This document shows positions 1 to 9,881 of a DNA stretch of 64,000 nucleotides, one piece after another; positions within the stretch are counted from its first letter, which is position 1, and every line of letters starts with the position of its first letter. Source of the DNA: Christensenellaceae bacterium (lineage in GTDB: Bacteria; Bacillota; Clostridia; Christensenellales; Borkfalkiaceae); the NCBI GenBank assembly GCA_045658325.1, contig JAZOUX010000015.1, positions 1,194 to 65,193 on the forward strand. The letters run 5' to 3'. Under the pieces are notes generated by a model, which saw only the letters and a program-made list of their open reading frames with translations, was not told where the DNA came from and searched no databases. A program made the position numbers and the translations under genes.

Positions 1-53
1 TTTTTTGCATTTACTCTTGACATTTTCAAAAAAATTTTACTGTATGCTAAAAT

Positions 54-82
54 TTGACTTTTTTGTCTTTTTTGTGTATAAT
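54..82 (+). promoter_or_regulatory. sigma-A-type promoter for the NhaC-family gene
   Basis: TTGACT at 54-59, a 17-nt spacer, then TATAAT at 77-82. AAGGAG Shine-Dalgarno at 93-98 and ATG at 105. Confidence 0.55.
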
Positions 83-104
83 TTAAAGCATTAAGGAGAT
101 TTTT

Positions 105-1400
105 ATGCAAGAACAGTCAACAAAAAAAGGTAATTGGTTTGCTCTATTACCTATCGCAGTTTTTTTAGTAGTATATATAGGAATAAGTTTGGCGTTTGAT
201 AACTTTTACGCAATGAGCGTTGTCGTAGCGTTTTTAATAGCAATTTTAGTTGCTTGTTTACAAAATAAAAACCTTAAATTTGACGATAAACTTGCCGTTA
301 TGGCTCAAGGCGTTGCCGATAAAAACATTATCACCATGATTCTTATTTTCTTAGCGGCTGGTATTTTTGCGGGAACGCTTGGCAGAGAAGGTGCAAAAGC
401 CGTTGCCGATTTATTTTTAAGTTTTATTCCCGCTAACTATTCGGCACTCGTTTTATTTATTGTTTCGTGCTTTATTTCAACGGCTATGGGTACTTCGTGT
501 GGAACGATTTCGGTAATAGCCCCTATCGCCCTTGAACTTGCCGTTATCACGGGTGGCTCGTTACCTCTTTACGTTGGTTCGGTTATAGGTGGTGCTATGT
601 TTGGGGATAATTTGTCGTTTATTTCTGACACGACTATTGCTGCAACTTCAACTCAAGGCTGTAAAATGAAAGACAAGTTTAAAGAGAACTTTTTTATTGC
701 CCTACCCGCTGCAATAATTACCCTTATTATTTTAACGGTATTTGCTCTTACTAATCAAACTGCTAACGGTTATACTCCCGACAATATTAACTTATGGCTT
801 CTTATTCCGTACGTTTTAGTTTTGGTTGGTGGTATTGCAGGTGTAAACGTATTCGTAGTATTGCTTGTTGGCATAGTAACGGCTATTATAATTAAACTTT
901 CGCTTGGCTCTTTACTTTTAACGGTAATTACTTCTATGGGAAGCGGGGCTAACAGTATGTTTGAAGTAATACTCGTAACGATGCTAGTTTCAATGCTTTC
1001 GGCACTTATAAAAGAACACGGTGGTTTTGATGCTCTTTTAAGTGGCATTAAAAAGGTATTTAAAGGTAAAGTTGGCGGTCAACTTGGTATTTCTTTACTT
1101 GTATCGGTAATGGACGTTGCTACGGCTAACAACACGGTTGCCATAGTAATTTCAGCCCCTATTGCTAAAAATATTAGCCAAGAATACGGAATAACTAACA
1201 CTAAAACGGCTTCTCTTTTAGATATATTTGGTAGCGTAGTTCAAGGAGTTTTACCTTATAGTGCGCAAATGATAACGGCAGTCAGTTTGACGGGTGTGGC
1301 TACGGGCGCAATATTTCCTTACTTGTTCTACCCTTATTTACTTGGTATAAGCACTTTAGCGTTTATAATTATACCTGCTTTATTTAAAAAGAAAGCGTAA
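105..1400 (+). CDS. NhaC-family Na+/H+ antiporter-like membrane transporter
   Basis: 431-aa polytopic membrane ORF. The overall sequence pattern resembles NhaC-family antiporters. Good SD and a terminator downstream. Confidence 0.65.
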   Translation: MQEQSTKKGNWFALLPIAVFLVVYIGISLAFDNFYAMSVVVAFLIAILVACLQNKNLKFDDKLAVMAQGVADKNIITMILIFLAAGIFAGTLGREGAKAVADLFLSFIPANYSALVLFIVSCFISTAMGTSCGTISVIAPIALELAVITGGSLPLYVGSVIGGAMFGDNLSFISDTTIAATSTQGCKMKDKFKENFFIALPAAIITLIILTVFALTNQTANGYTPDNINLWLLIPYVLVLVGGIAGVNVFVVLLVGIVTAIIIKLSLGSLLLTVITSMGSGANSMFEVILVTMLVSMLSALIKEHGGFDALLSGIKKVFKGKVGGQLGISLLVSVMDVATANNTVAIVISAPIAKNISQEYGITNTKTASLLDIFGSVVQGVLPYSAQMITAVSLTGVATGAIFPYLFYPYLLGISTLAFIIIPALFKKKA

Positions 1401-1410
1401 TATTGAAAAA

Positions 1411-1440
1411 AGTTCAACCCCCGTTGGACTTTTTCTTTTT
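1411..1440 (+). terminator. Rho-independent terminator
   Basis: AGTTCAAC/GTTGGACT stem (one G-U pair), CCCC loop, then a T-tract at 1431-1440. Confidence 0.6.
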
Positions 1441-1459
1441 TATTTGTTATAATTTAGTT

Positions 1460-2176
1460 ATGAATAAGAATTTTATTAATTACGCTCACCGTGGGGCAAG
1501 CGAATACTGTCCTGAAAATACTTTACTTTCATTTTATACCGGTCTTTATATGGGCGCTAACGGTATTTAAACAGACGTTCAACTTACTAAAGACGGCATT
1601 GCCGAGCTTTTTCACGACGATACGTTACTTAGGGTAACGGGTGAACAAGGTTCTATTAGTGATTATACTCTTAGCGAACTTAAAAAGTTTTGGGTTAGTA
1701 AGAACGGGTTAAAAGATAAAATTATTACTCTTGACGAGTTTTTTGAAAGATTTAAACATTTTTCAATTACCTTAGCTATTGAACTTAAAGGTGATAAAAC
1801 GGCTTTACCTACGGCTTCTCTTATTAAAAAACACAACCTTGAAAACAAAGTAATAGCAACGTCGTTTAAATATAGCGAACTTTTAGATATTCACAAAGTT
1901 ATGCCAACTTTACGCTTAGGGTATTTAAACATAGGCGAAGTAACGGTTAAACTTTTAGATAAAATGAAAAAAGACGGAATTTGCGAAATTTGCCCCGACG
2001 CTAAAATAGTAACCAAAGAAAACTGTGAAAAATGGCATAGTTTAGGCTTTAACGTACGGGCTTGGGGCGTAACAAATACGACTTTTATGAAAAATCTTTT
2101 ACTTGCTGGCGTTGACGGTATGACGGTAAACTTTCCCGATAAACTTACGAACGAATTATTAAAACTTGATAATTAA
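1460..2176 (+). pseudogene. glycerophosphodiester phosphodiesterase (GDPD family) interrupted by an in-frame TAA
   Basis: A single frame from ATG 1460 to the stop at 2176 reads HRGASEYCPENT...GANGI*TDVQLTKDG...FHDDTL. TAA at 1568-1570 occupies the position of the conserved Glu of the GDPD G-x-x-x-I-E-x-D-V motif. I found no other stop in this frame. Confidence 0.75.
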
Positions 2177-2190
2177 AAAGTTTAAATATT

Positions 2191-2265
2191 AAAAGTCCAA
2201 CTTTTTGAAATACACTTCTTAAAATATCTATCTTTTGGAGTGTTCTTCAAAGAGTTGGACTTTTT
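2191..2265. terminator. long bidirectional hairpin between convergent genes
   Basis: The 19-nt arm AAAAGTCCAACTTTTTGAA (2191-2209) pairs with TTCAAAGAGTTGGACTTTT (2247-2265) with one mismatch. T-runs lie on both sides. Confidence 0.5.
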
Positions 2266-2316
2266 GTTTTAGTTTTTTAATTTGTTTAATTTTAAGTTCT
2301 TGCTTAGATTAAAATT

Positions 2317-2664
2317 TTAATCGTTTTTTTCTTCTTTTTCAACTTGCGCTGGTTTTTCGTCAATACCAACAACTTCGTCTACCGGCATTGCAAAGGCAAT
2401 TCCTTGCGCTTCGTTTGTAGAACCTACCGAATTGTATAAACCCTTTAAAATTCCGTCGACTAAATCACTTTTAGCAAGTATCATAACAATTTCCTTTTCG
2501 GGAGTAATTGAAATATTAAAAATCTTTTCGGCTTCTTTTGAAATCGTTCCCCTACCGTTAATTACCGTGCCACCTTTTGCGCCACATGCCTTAGCAGTTT
2601 CCATAACCATATCTGAATAGCCGTCGTTTACGATTGCAAAAACGCATTTATAACCCTTTTTCAT
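2317..2664 (-). CDS. P-II (GlnB)-like small regulatory protein
   Basis: 115 aa with a P-II-like sequence. Overlaps the upstream paralog by 1 nt. Last gene of a DUF1538 + two P-II-like gene cluster. Confidence 0.55.
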   Translation of the reverse strand: MKKGYKCVFAIVNDGYSDMVMETAKACGAKGGTVINGRGTISKEAEKIFNISITPEKEIVMILAKSDLVDGILKGLYNSVGSTNEAQGIAFAMPVDEVVGIDEKPAQVEKEEKND

Positions 2665-3071
2665 TATTTTTTACCCCCTTCTTTTACCGTTCTATCGTTG
2701 CTCAATAATTGATATATAGACACGCCGATTATACTGTCTAATGAAATAGTGTACGCAATACCTTTACCGTTTTTAACCGTTTTAAACTTTTCAGCGAGCG
2801 TTTCCATAGCATCTTTAATTTTATCTTCCCTAATAAACGAAAGTAAAATTGCCTTATCGCTTTCTGAAATTCCAAGTAAAGAAAGCATTTGCGAGTTCGC
2901 CGTTCCTTTGCCGTATAAAATCATTTGAACGTTTACTTCAAACTGCTCTAATAAATCGACGTAAAATATCGCCTTGCTTCTATCTACAACGGTAATTAAA
3001 ATTTTTATTTTATGAACGTTAGACGTTTGTTTTTCAACTTTTTTACTGTCTTTAATTGCCTTTCTAGCCAT
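2664..3071 (-). CDS. P-II-like protein with a basic N-terminal extension
   Basis: 135 aa, second P-II-like paralog, immediately downstream of the DUF1538 membrane gene. Confidence 0.5.
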   Translation of the reverse strand: MARKAIKDSKKVEKQTSNVHKIKILITVVDRSKAIFYVDLLEQFEVNVQMILYGKGTANSQMLSLLGISESDKAILLSFIREDKIKDAMETLAEKFKTVKNGKGIAYTISLDSIIGVSIYQLLSNDRTVKEGGKK

Positions 3072-3079
3072 ATTAACTC

Positions 3080-4597
3080 CTATAAAAAACGAATAATTTG
3101 GTCGTCTTTATCGTCCAAAATCTTTCTCATTGCAAGTTTTTCGCTAAATTTCTTTCTAAAAATAGACGTAAACCCTAATAATTGAATAGTGATAAGCGGT
3201 GTCATTGCAACCATTGCTACTATACCGAAAGCGTCTGACAAAATATTACCACCGAAAGCAACGCAAGCGCCGATAGCAAAAGGCAATATGAACGTTGACG
3301 TAAGTGGACCAGACGCTACACCACCAGAGTCGAAAGCGATTGCCGTATAAATTTTAGGCACGAAAAAAGAAAGCCCTAGCGATATTAAATAACCCGGAAT
3401 TAAATAGTACAAAATTGAAAAGCCGAAGATTATTCTTATAACCGATAAGCAAATAGATAAACCAACACCCACGCTTAACGCTATCATCATAGCCTTTTTT
3501 GAAATAGTACCGTGAGTAATTTCTTCAACTTGTTTGTTTAAAACGTGAACTGCCGGTTCTGCTAAAACGACTACTAAACCTAACACGAAGCCGACAATAG
3601 ATACGGCAATAGGCGAAGTTTTTGCAAGTTCTTGCCCCATTTTAAAACCTATTGGCATAAAGCCAACGTGTACTGCCGTTAAGAATACGATTAAGCCAAC
3701 GTATGTAAACGCCGTGCCAATTAAAATTTGAATTATCTTCTTTTTAGACAATTTTAAAAAGATAAAGTTAATTATAAAAAAGAAAGTTACTACTAAGCCA
3801 AGAGCAATACTAACGTCTTTAGCAGTTTTTAAAAGCGTACTTAAAACGTAAGGCATAATATTTTCAGCCAATGCGTAATCGCTAACGTTAGGTGTAGCAA
3901 TATCTCCACCTTTAACTAAACTTAAAATTAAAACGGCTAAAATAGGACCAACCGAACACATTGCAACTAAGCCAAAACTGTTTTCGTTTGAACTTCTTCC
4001 ACCTATAGCACTCGCTATACCAACGCCAAGCGCCATTATAAAAGGTACTGTAATAGGACCGGTGGTTACCCCACCAGAGTCAAACGAAAGTGGAATTAGT
4101 TGGAAATTATTCGAGTCGATTGAAAGAACGAATAAAGCCAAAGCAAATAACACCATATAAAAATATATAAGCATACTTGCTAGGTCTTTTTTAAAGACTA
4201 TTTTTAACGTTGCAATTAACAAAAATAAACCTACGCCGACCCCAACGAAAATTATAATTAAATTGCTTCCTACTTGGCTTGCAAGTACGGTTAAATCGGG
4301 TTCGGCAATAGTTATTAATAGTCCCATTGCAAAACATATTAATAAAAGCAATTTTAAGTTTTTAGACTTAGTTAAACCTGAACCGACGTATTCGCCCATA
4401 GGAGTCATAGCAACGTCTGCCCCAAGCGTAAAAAATCCAATACCTAAAATTAAAAATAAAGCGCACACGCTAAAAACGGCAATCTCGTTAACCGACAAAT
4501 TAACAAGTGGCGTAAAATTTAAAATTATAACTATTAGCGTTACGGGTAATACCGAGATTAAAGATTCTTTAATTTTGCCGTATAATAACTTTTTCAT
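3080..4597 (-). CDS. DUF1538-family polytopic membrane protein
   Basis: 505 aa with many TM segments and an internal duplication, seen in the motifs FDSGGVTTGP and FDSGGVASGP. Genomic pairing with P-II-like genes is typical of DUF1538. Confidence 0.6.
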   Translation of the reverse strand: MKKLLYGKIKESLISVLPVTLIVIILNFTPLVNLSVNEIAVFSVCALFLILGIGFFTLGADVAMTPMGEYVGSGLTKSKNLKLLLLICFAMGLLITIAEPDLTVLASQVGSNLIIIFVGVGVGLFLLIATLKIVFKKDLASMLIYFYMVLFALALFVLSIDSNNFQLIPLSFDSGGVTTGPITVPFIMALGVGIASAIGGRSSNENSFGLVAMCSVGPILAVLILSLVKGGDIATPNVSDYALAENIMPYVLSTLLKTAKDVSIALGLVVTFFFIINFIFLKLSKKKIIQILIGTAFTYVGLIVFLTAVHVGFMPIGFKMGQELAKTSPIAVSIVGFVLGLVVVLAEPAVHVLNKQVEEITHGTISKKAMMIALSVGVGLSICLSVIRIIFGFSILYYLIPGYLISLGLSFFVPKIYTAIAFDSGGVASGPLTSTFILPFAIGACVAFGGNILSDAFGIVAMVAMTPLITIQLLGFTSIFRKKFSEKLAMRKILDDKDDQIIRFL

Positions 4598-4844
4598 AAC
4601 TAACTCCGCAATTATTCTATCACAAAAAAATTAAAAATAAAAGCAAAAATGAATTTTTTTTGTATTTTTTCATTTGTAAATGAAATTGGCTAAAAGTGAT
4701 TTGTAAAACCTATTTCGTTATATTGCGACTTGTAGTCGCTGTTATATTAAATAAATTCATAACTTGCCGTACGAAAATATCACTAAGCCATAAAATTTTT
4801 TGCTTGGCGCTATCGCCTATGGCAAGAGCGACTAACCTACTTTA

Positions 4845-5795
4845 TTATTTTGAAAACAATCTTTTTGCGTTGTTGTAAAAAATATCTTCAACGTCTTTAA
4901 AAGTTAAGTCAAGCATAATTGAAGCCTGCCTTATTGCTAAAATATTTTCTTCATATATTTTTAAAAACGGTACTTCTTTTTGTAGATTTGGACAAGTTTC
5001 TTCTAAAACCCAACAAAATTTATCAGCGATTGAAATTGGCTTGCCTTTTAAATTTGAAATAGGATAGTCAGTACCCCACGTTACCCTACTCGTTCCACAT
5101 TTTTTAATAATTTGGAATATTGACGGGCTTTCGCATATTGCTGAAAAATCAAACCATACGTTATCTAAATGCTTAATTTTATCAACGCTTTCAACGGCAG
5201 TCCACGAAGCGAAAGAAGTAGCGCAATGCGCTAAAATTAACGTGGCGTTTGGATATTTTTTAGCCATTTTAATTATATAGTTTAAGTTATCGTTATCACT
5301 TAAAGCCTTGTCTTTTACCATATGTAAAGTTATAACCTTATTGTACTTATCGGCTATACAAAAAGCACTTTCTGGCAAATAATCTTCAATATTTAAATTA
5401 AAGGTTGATTTTTGCTTGTTAAGTGAGTGATAGCACTTAAACCCAACGATTTGTTCACTTTTTATTCTACTTAAAACGCTTTCTTCACTTTCGTAAGGCA
5501 TTACTAAAATTTCGCCAACGTTAAAAGGATTTTTATATAATTCATTATATAAAGCGTCGTCACATACTTTTAAAAAATCGTTGTTTAACGCTATTTTTCT
5601 AGACGGATACGGCAAAATATTTACTTCAATTCCTCTACCTGAAAACGAGTTTTGCATATCCAAATAATAGTTTTGTAGCGTCACGCTTTTATCTTTGCCT
5701 AGCATATACTCTTTATCGTATAAATGCATATGAACATCGAACATTTTATTTGGCAAAAAGTCGTTTATTATTTTTTTAATTTCTAAATCGTTCAT
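4845..5795 (-). CDS. amidohydrolase-family (TIM-barrel metal-dependent hydrolase) protein
   Basis: 316 aa. HMH near the N-terminus (DVHMHLYD), HCATSF and WGTDYP motifs are consistent with amidohydrolase_2-type metal ligands. Confidence 0.5.
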   Translation of the reverse strand: MNDLEIKKIINDFLPNKMFDVHMHLYDKEYMLGKDKSVTLQNYYLDMQNSFSGRGIEVNILPYPSRKIALNNDFLKVCDDALYNELYKNPFNVGEILVMPYESEESVLSRIKSEQIVGFKCYHSLNKQKSTFNLNIEDYLPESAFCIADKYNKVITLHMVKDKALSDNDNLNYIIKMAKKYPNATLILAHCATSFASWTAVESVDKIKHLDNVWFDFSAICESPSIFQIIKKCGTSRVTWGTDYPISNLKGKPISIADKFCWVLEETCPNLQKEVPFLKIYEENILAIRQASIMLDLTFKDVEDIFYNNAKRLFSK

Positions 5796-6078
5796 TATTT
5801 TAATTAAACCACGTTGATTATAATTTTGCTTGGCGTTTTTTAAAACGTAACGTCTTTATTTTGATAAAAAGAAAAGACGGTACCGATAGCAAAACAAATT
5901 TTCATCTATATTATCACCGAAAATTGAAAAGTGATATAAAGTAACAGTTACTTCAAAAATAAACGGTATTAAAACACCGATTTTTGTTTTTGACGTAAAC
6001 TAGTTAATTACCCTTAAAATTCGTCTTGTAACGTAACAAAGTTCATTTATTAATTTACCTAACTATTTTATGCGTATT

Positions 6079-7056
6079 TTAACCGAAATAATAAGTGTTT
6101 AAAATTTTGCCATCACTACTAGTAACGGTAATTCTAAAATCGTTAGGGTTTATATAGTAAGCGCAACCTTTTATATTCGGACCGTCAAAATTAGCAATTC
6201 TAAGTAAAGGATTAGATGCGAAAGTATCTATAAAAATACCGTCTCTACGCCCATCAGTGTAATGACCACGACCAATGCCACCGTCAGCATACCAAATCAT
6301 TGACGTACCGTATAAGTAATTGTTGTAAAATTTACCAAAATCTAAATCGCCGTTGTGATGATGATAACAACCCATACCGTTACGCGTACCCGCTAAAAAT
6401 TCGCCAAAATATTTATCGCCGTCAGCCCAATGCACTATACCGTAACCGTTAAGTTCACCACCTATTACTTGCACCTTGCCTTCGTACGGACAGTCGTAAT
6501 CGTAATCATATATACGCTCAACTTTTTTTGACTTGTCAAAAGGCATCATAAAAAGTCGCCAAGGAGTTAAATTATAACCACCACCCGTACTAATTTTTGT
6601 AAGATACCTTGTAACGTTACGTTTACTATCTACGTTTACAAAGTACAAGTAGCCGTCTTTATAACAAACGCCCCTATCTTTTAACGTACCGTGCTCGTAA
6701 TAACATATAACGTAACTACCGTCAATATAACTTGAAGATATATAAAAGCCGTCGTATTTACAATTTGAGTCAACCGTACTAAAATTTACATACTTTTCGT
6801 AAACGAAAGTCATATAAGGGCCGTAAATTTTGCCGTTTTTGATATAACATAAATAACTTTCTTCATCGTAGTCTTTACCCCTATGCATAAACTGACCGTC
6901 GTAGCCCCCGTTACGATGCAATTCCGTTACATTAAGCGATTTGTCTGGTTTTACATAAAAACCAGTGCCGGTAGGGGTAGAGCCGTTAATTACTTCGCCC
7001 CAATAGTAATTACCACTACTTAAATTTATACTTGCCGTATTTATTTTATTTAACAT
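6079..7056 (-). CDS. MORN-repeat-like cytoplasmic protein, function unknown
   Basis: 325 aa, rich in Y/G/D. Repeated Y-x-G-x-(5-8)-G-x-G units, for example YGIVHWADGDKYFGEFLAGTRNGMGCY. No signal peptide. Lies 47 nt downstream of sbcC on the same strand. Confidence 0.4.
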   Translation of the reverse strand: MLNKINTASINLSSGNYYWGEVINGSTPTGTGFYVKPDKSLNVTELHRNGGYDGQFMHRGKDYDEESYLCYIKNGKIYGPYMTFVYEKYVNFSTVDSNCKYDGFYISSSYIDGSYVICYYEHGTLKDRGVCYKDGYLYFVNVDSKRNVTRYLTKISTGGGYNLTPWRLFMMPFDKSKKVERIYDYDYDCPYEGKVQVIGGELNGYGIVHWADGDKYFGEFLAGTRNGMGCYHHHNGDLDFGKFYNNYLYGTSMIWYADGGIGRGHYTDGRRDGIFIDTFASNPLLRIANFDGPNIKGCAYYINPNDFRITVTSSDGKILNTYYFG

Positions 7057-7103
7057 AATTACTCCTTTTATATTTTTATTAATATAATAATTAGTTAATA
7101 CTT

Positions 7104-9881
7104 TTACAATATTTTTATCATTGCGTGGCTACCTTTGTTAGAGCCTTTTTGTTTTTCAACGATAATTTGCTTGTCTATTCTGTTTTTAAGTTCTTCAACG
7201 TGCGAAATTATGCCTACCAAACGCCTACCTTCAGTCAAATCTTGCAAAGTTGATATTGCTAAACTTAACGATTCGCCGTCAAGAGAACCAAAGCCTTCGT
7301 CTACGAACATGGTGTCAATACGAACACCACCAGCCGATGACTGAATTTCGTCGGCAAGACCTAAAGCAAGTGATAATGACGCTTTAAACTTTTCTCCACC
7401 AGAAAGTGAGTTTACGGGGCGATAAGTGCCGTTATGATAGTCGTATACGTCAATATCAAGACCAACTTGCGAACTCTTACCTAATTCGCCAACCCTACGG
7501 ACTAAATCGTACTGACCGTTTGTCATTTTTTGCAAACGAACGCTTGCACGACGAAGAATTTTATCAAAATAACTCATTTGAACGTACGTTTCAAACGATA
7601 TTTTTTCTTTATCGTTTATTCCACCGTTTGCAGTGTCGGAAAGGGTGTTCATCCATTTATAATGTTCTTCTAATTCTTTACTTTCGCCGTACGCCTTTTC
7701 TATATTAATTAAACAAGTTTTGTTAGAATTAATAAACGACACGACTAATTCTTTGTTTTGTTGTAATTGATTTTTGCTTTCAATTATCTGAATTCTACGT
7801 TGCTTTTCGCTTACTAAATCAATACTGCATACCGTTTTTAACACTTCGTTTAATAATTGTATTGATTGTTGTGTGCTTAATAATTTTTCCCATTTATCGT
7901 CTCGAATTTTTTCAGCCGTTTCGTAACCGTCTTTTAAAGTTTTAACCTTTGATTTTAACTGCTCTAAATAAATATTCGCTTGAGTTTTGCTAGCAAATTT
8001 TAACGCCTTTATAAGATTTGCTACTTGAGTTTCTTTTTCTTTTTTGCTTGCTTTATCAGTTAAAATTGCCTTTTCAATCTCGACTTGAGTTTTGCGTAAA
8101 TTTTCTAAAGCAGTTTCTTTTAAAGGACTTTGTTTGTCAATTTCAATCTTTTTATTAACGTTTAAAGTTTCAATATTAATTTTATTTTCAACGTCATCTA
8201 ACTCTTGGTGTAGGCTAAAAAGTTTATCTTTAACGCCGTTTTCGGCTTTATCTAACTCAACGTTGACTAATAAAACTTTAACGTTTTCATTTATAGATTT
8301 TTTAAGCGTTTCAATTTTACCGTTAAGCGATGCGCAATTAAAACTTTTTTCTTCAGCCAATTTAGATTGAGTTTCGGCAAGTTGTTTTGCCTTTTTAAGT
8401 TCGGCTTCGGTAACGACGGTATCACTCATACTAGCAAGAATTGGGTGAGTAGTTGAACCACATACCGGGCAAGGTTCTCCGTCTATTAAAGCGCTAGCCA
8501 TAACGCCTGCTTGACCGTCTAAAAAGCGTTTATTTAAGTCGTTATATTTATCGGCTAAATCTTTTGCGCTTTCGCTAATTTTTTTGTACTCGCTTTGCTC
8601 AGTTTCTAGTTGGCTTTCTAAGTTTTTTAATGCGTTTATACTTTCTAAAAGAGCGTTTAGTTTAGACTGTAATTCTTGTAAAAAAATTTTTTCGGCTTGA
8701 TATTTAGCCTTGTTAACTTCAGCACTAGATAAAATTTTTTGCGTTTCTTTTAAATTTTTTAACTCGGCTTCTTTTTCAAGTAACGTTTCTATGCCCGTAT
8801 CAAAATAGGTTTTATTTTTTAAAATACTATCTTCTAAAACTTTAACTTGACTTTGTAACTCGTCTAATAGGTCGTATTTAGAAAGTTCGTTTTCAATGAG
8901 AGTAATTTCTTTTTCTAAACTTATAATTTCTGGCTTTTTAGCAATTTCAACGTCTAAACGGGCTTGCGCCGTATTGTAATCTTCAGTTAGCCTTGGCAAC
9001 GTATTCTCTTTTTTATTGCGTTCTTCTACTGCTTTAGCGTATTCTTCGGCTTTGCCTATTGAAGCATTTACAATTTCTAATTCTTGCTCGATTAACGATA
9101 ATTTTTCTATAAGTTTCTTTTCTTCGTCGGTGTAAAAGGATATTATTTCACCCAACAAATCTATAATTTCTTGAGTCGTCAACTCTCCATTTTTCGCCTT
9201 ATTTAAAGAATCGTTAAAAGGACTTTCAGCGTCGCAAACTATACCTTTAACGTAAGTTAAAATATTTTCTTTTTTAGATTTAAACTTAGAATATAATTCT
9301 TTGGTTTCTTCTTTTATTTTATTTTGAATTGCTTCAAATTTATGCGTTTTAAATATTTGACGGAATATTTTTTGACGGTCATCAGTTTTTTCTACGAGAA
9401 TTTTCGTAAATTCACCTTGCGCTAGCATTGCAATTTTTGAAAACTGCTCGTAATCAACTCCGATAATATTTTTAACGGCTTTACTAACTTCCGTTTTACT
9501 TTTATCAACAATTCTTCCATCTGGATAATGAAGTTCGGCTTTTGCGCCTTGTTTAGTCGTTCCTTTGCCGTTTAACTTTTGCCTAAAGTATTCGGGGCTT
9601 CGTTTTATTTTATATAGTTTTTCATTACATAAAAATTCTAACTCAACGAACGTTTCAGTCGTATCGTCGGCGTACTTAGAACGAAGCGTTGAAACACCAC
9701 GCTCCGAACCACTAGTCGTGTCGAAAAGAGCGTAGGCAATAGCATCAAATATAGACGTTTTGCCTGCACCCGTAGTGCCTGTTACAAGAAATAAACCACT
9801 TTCGCCAAGTTTATCTAAATCAAGGGTTACGCTTTTTGCGTAAGGACCAAATGCAGACATAGTTAACTTAATAGGTCTCAT
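7104..9881 (-). CDS. sbcC: SbcC/Rad50-family nuclease ATPase subunit
   Basis: Walker A GTTGAGKTS, long coiled coil, zinc hook CPVCGS, signature LSGGEKF, Walker B MFVDEGFGSLD. TAATG overlap with sbcD. Confidence 0.85.
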   Translation of the reverse strand: MRPIKLTMSAFGPYAKSVTLDLDKLGESGLFLVTGTTGAGKTSIFDAIAYALFDTTSGSERGVSTLRSKYADDTTETFVELEFLCNEKLYKIKRSPEYFRQKLNGKGTTKQGAKAELHYPDGRIVDKSKTEVSKAVKNIIGVDYEQFSKIAMLAQGEFTKILVEKTDDRQKIFRQIFKTHKFEAIQNKIKEETKELYSKFKSKKENILTYVKGIVCDAESPFNDSLNKAKNGELTTQEIIDLLGEIISFYTDEEKKLIEKLSLIEQELEIVNASIGKAEEYAKAVEERNKKENTLPRLTEDYNTAQARLDVEIAKKPEIISLEKEITLIENELSKYDLLDELQSQVKVLEDSILKNKTYFDTGIETLLEKEAELKNLKETQKILSSAEVNKAKYQAEKIFLQELQSKLNALLESINALKNLESQLETEQSEYKKISESAKDLADKYNDLNKRFLDGQAGVMASALIDGEPCPVCGSTTHPILASMSDTVVTEAELKKAKQLAETQSKLAEEKSFNCASLNGKIETLKKSINENVKVLLVNVELDKAENGVKDKLFSLHQELDDVENKINIETLNVNKKIEIDKQSPLKETALENLRKTQVEIEKAILTDKASKKEKETQVANLIKALKFASKTQANIYLEQLKSKVKTLKDGYETAEKIRDDKWEKLLSTQQSIQLLNEVLKTVCSIDLVSEKQRRIQIIESKNQLQQNKELVVSFINSNKTCLINIEKAYGESKELEEHYKWMNTLSDTANGGINDKEKISFETYVQMSYFDKILRRASVRLQKMTNGQYDLVRRVGELGKSSQVGLDIDVYDYHNGTYRPVNSLSGGEKFKASLSLALGLADEIQSSAGGVRIDTMFVDEGFGSLDGESLSLAISTLQDLTEGRRLVGIISHVEELKNRIDKQIIVEKQKGSNKGSHAMIKIL

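Noticed and set aside
1568-1570. TAA in the GDPD gene as possible stop-codon reassignment or recoding
   Set aside because: TAA is the normal terminator of most well-supported genes in this window, and every other long ORF is intact under the standard code. A point mutation or sequencing error is far more likely.
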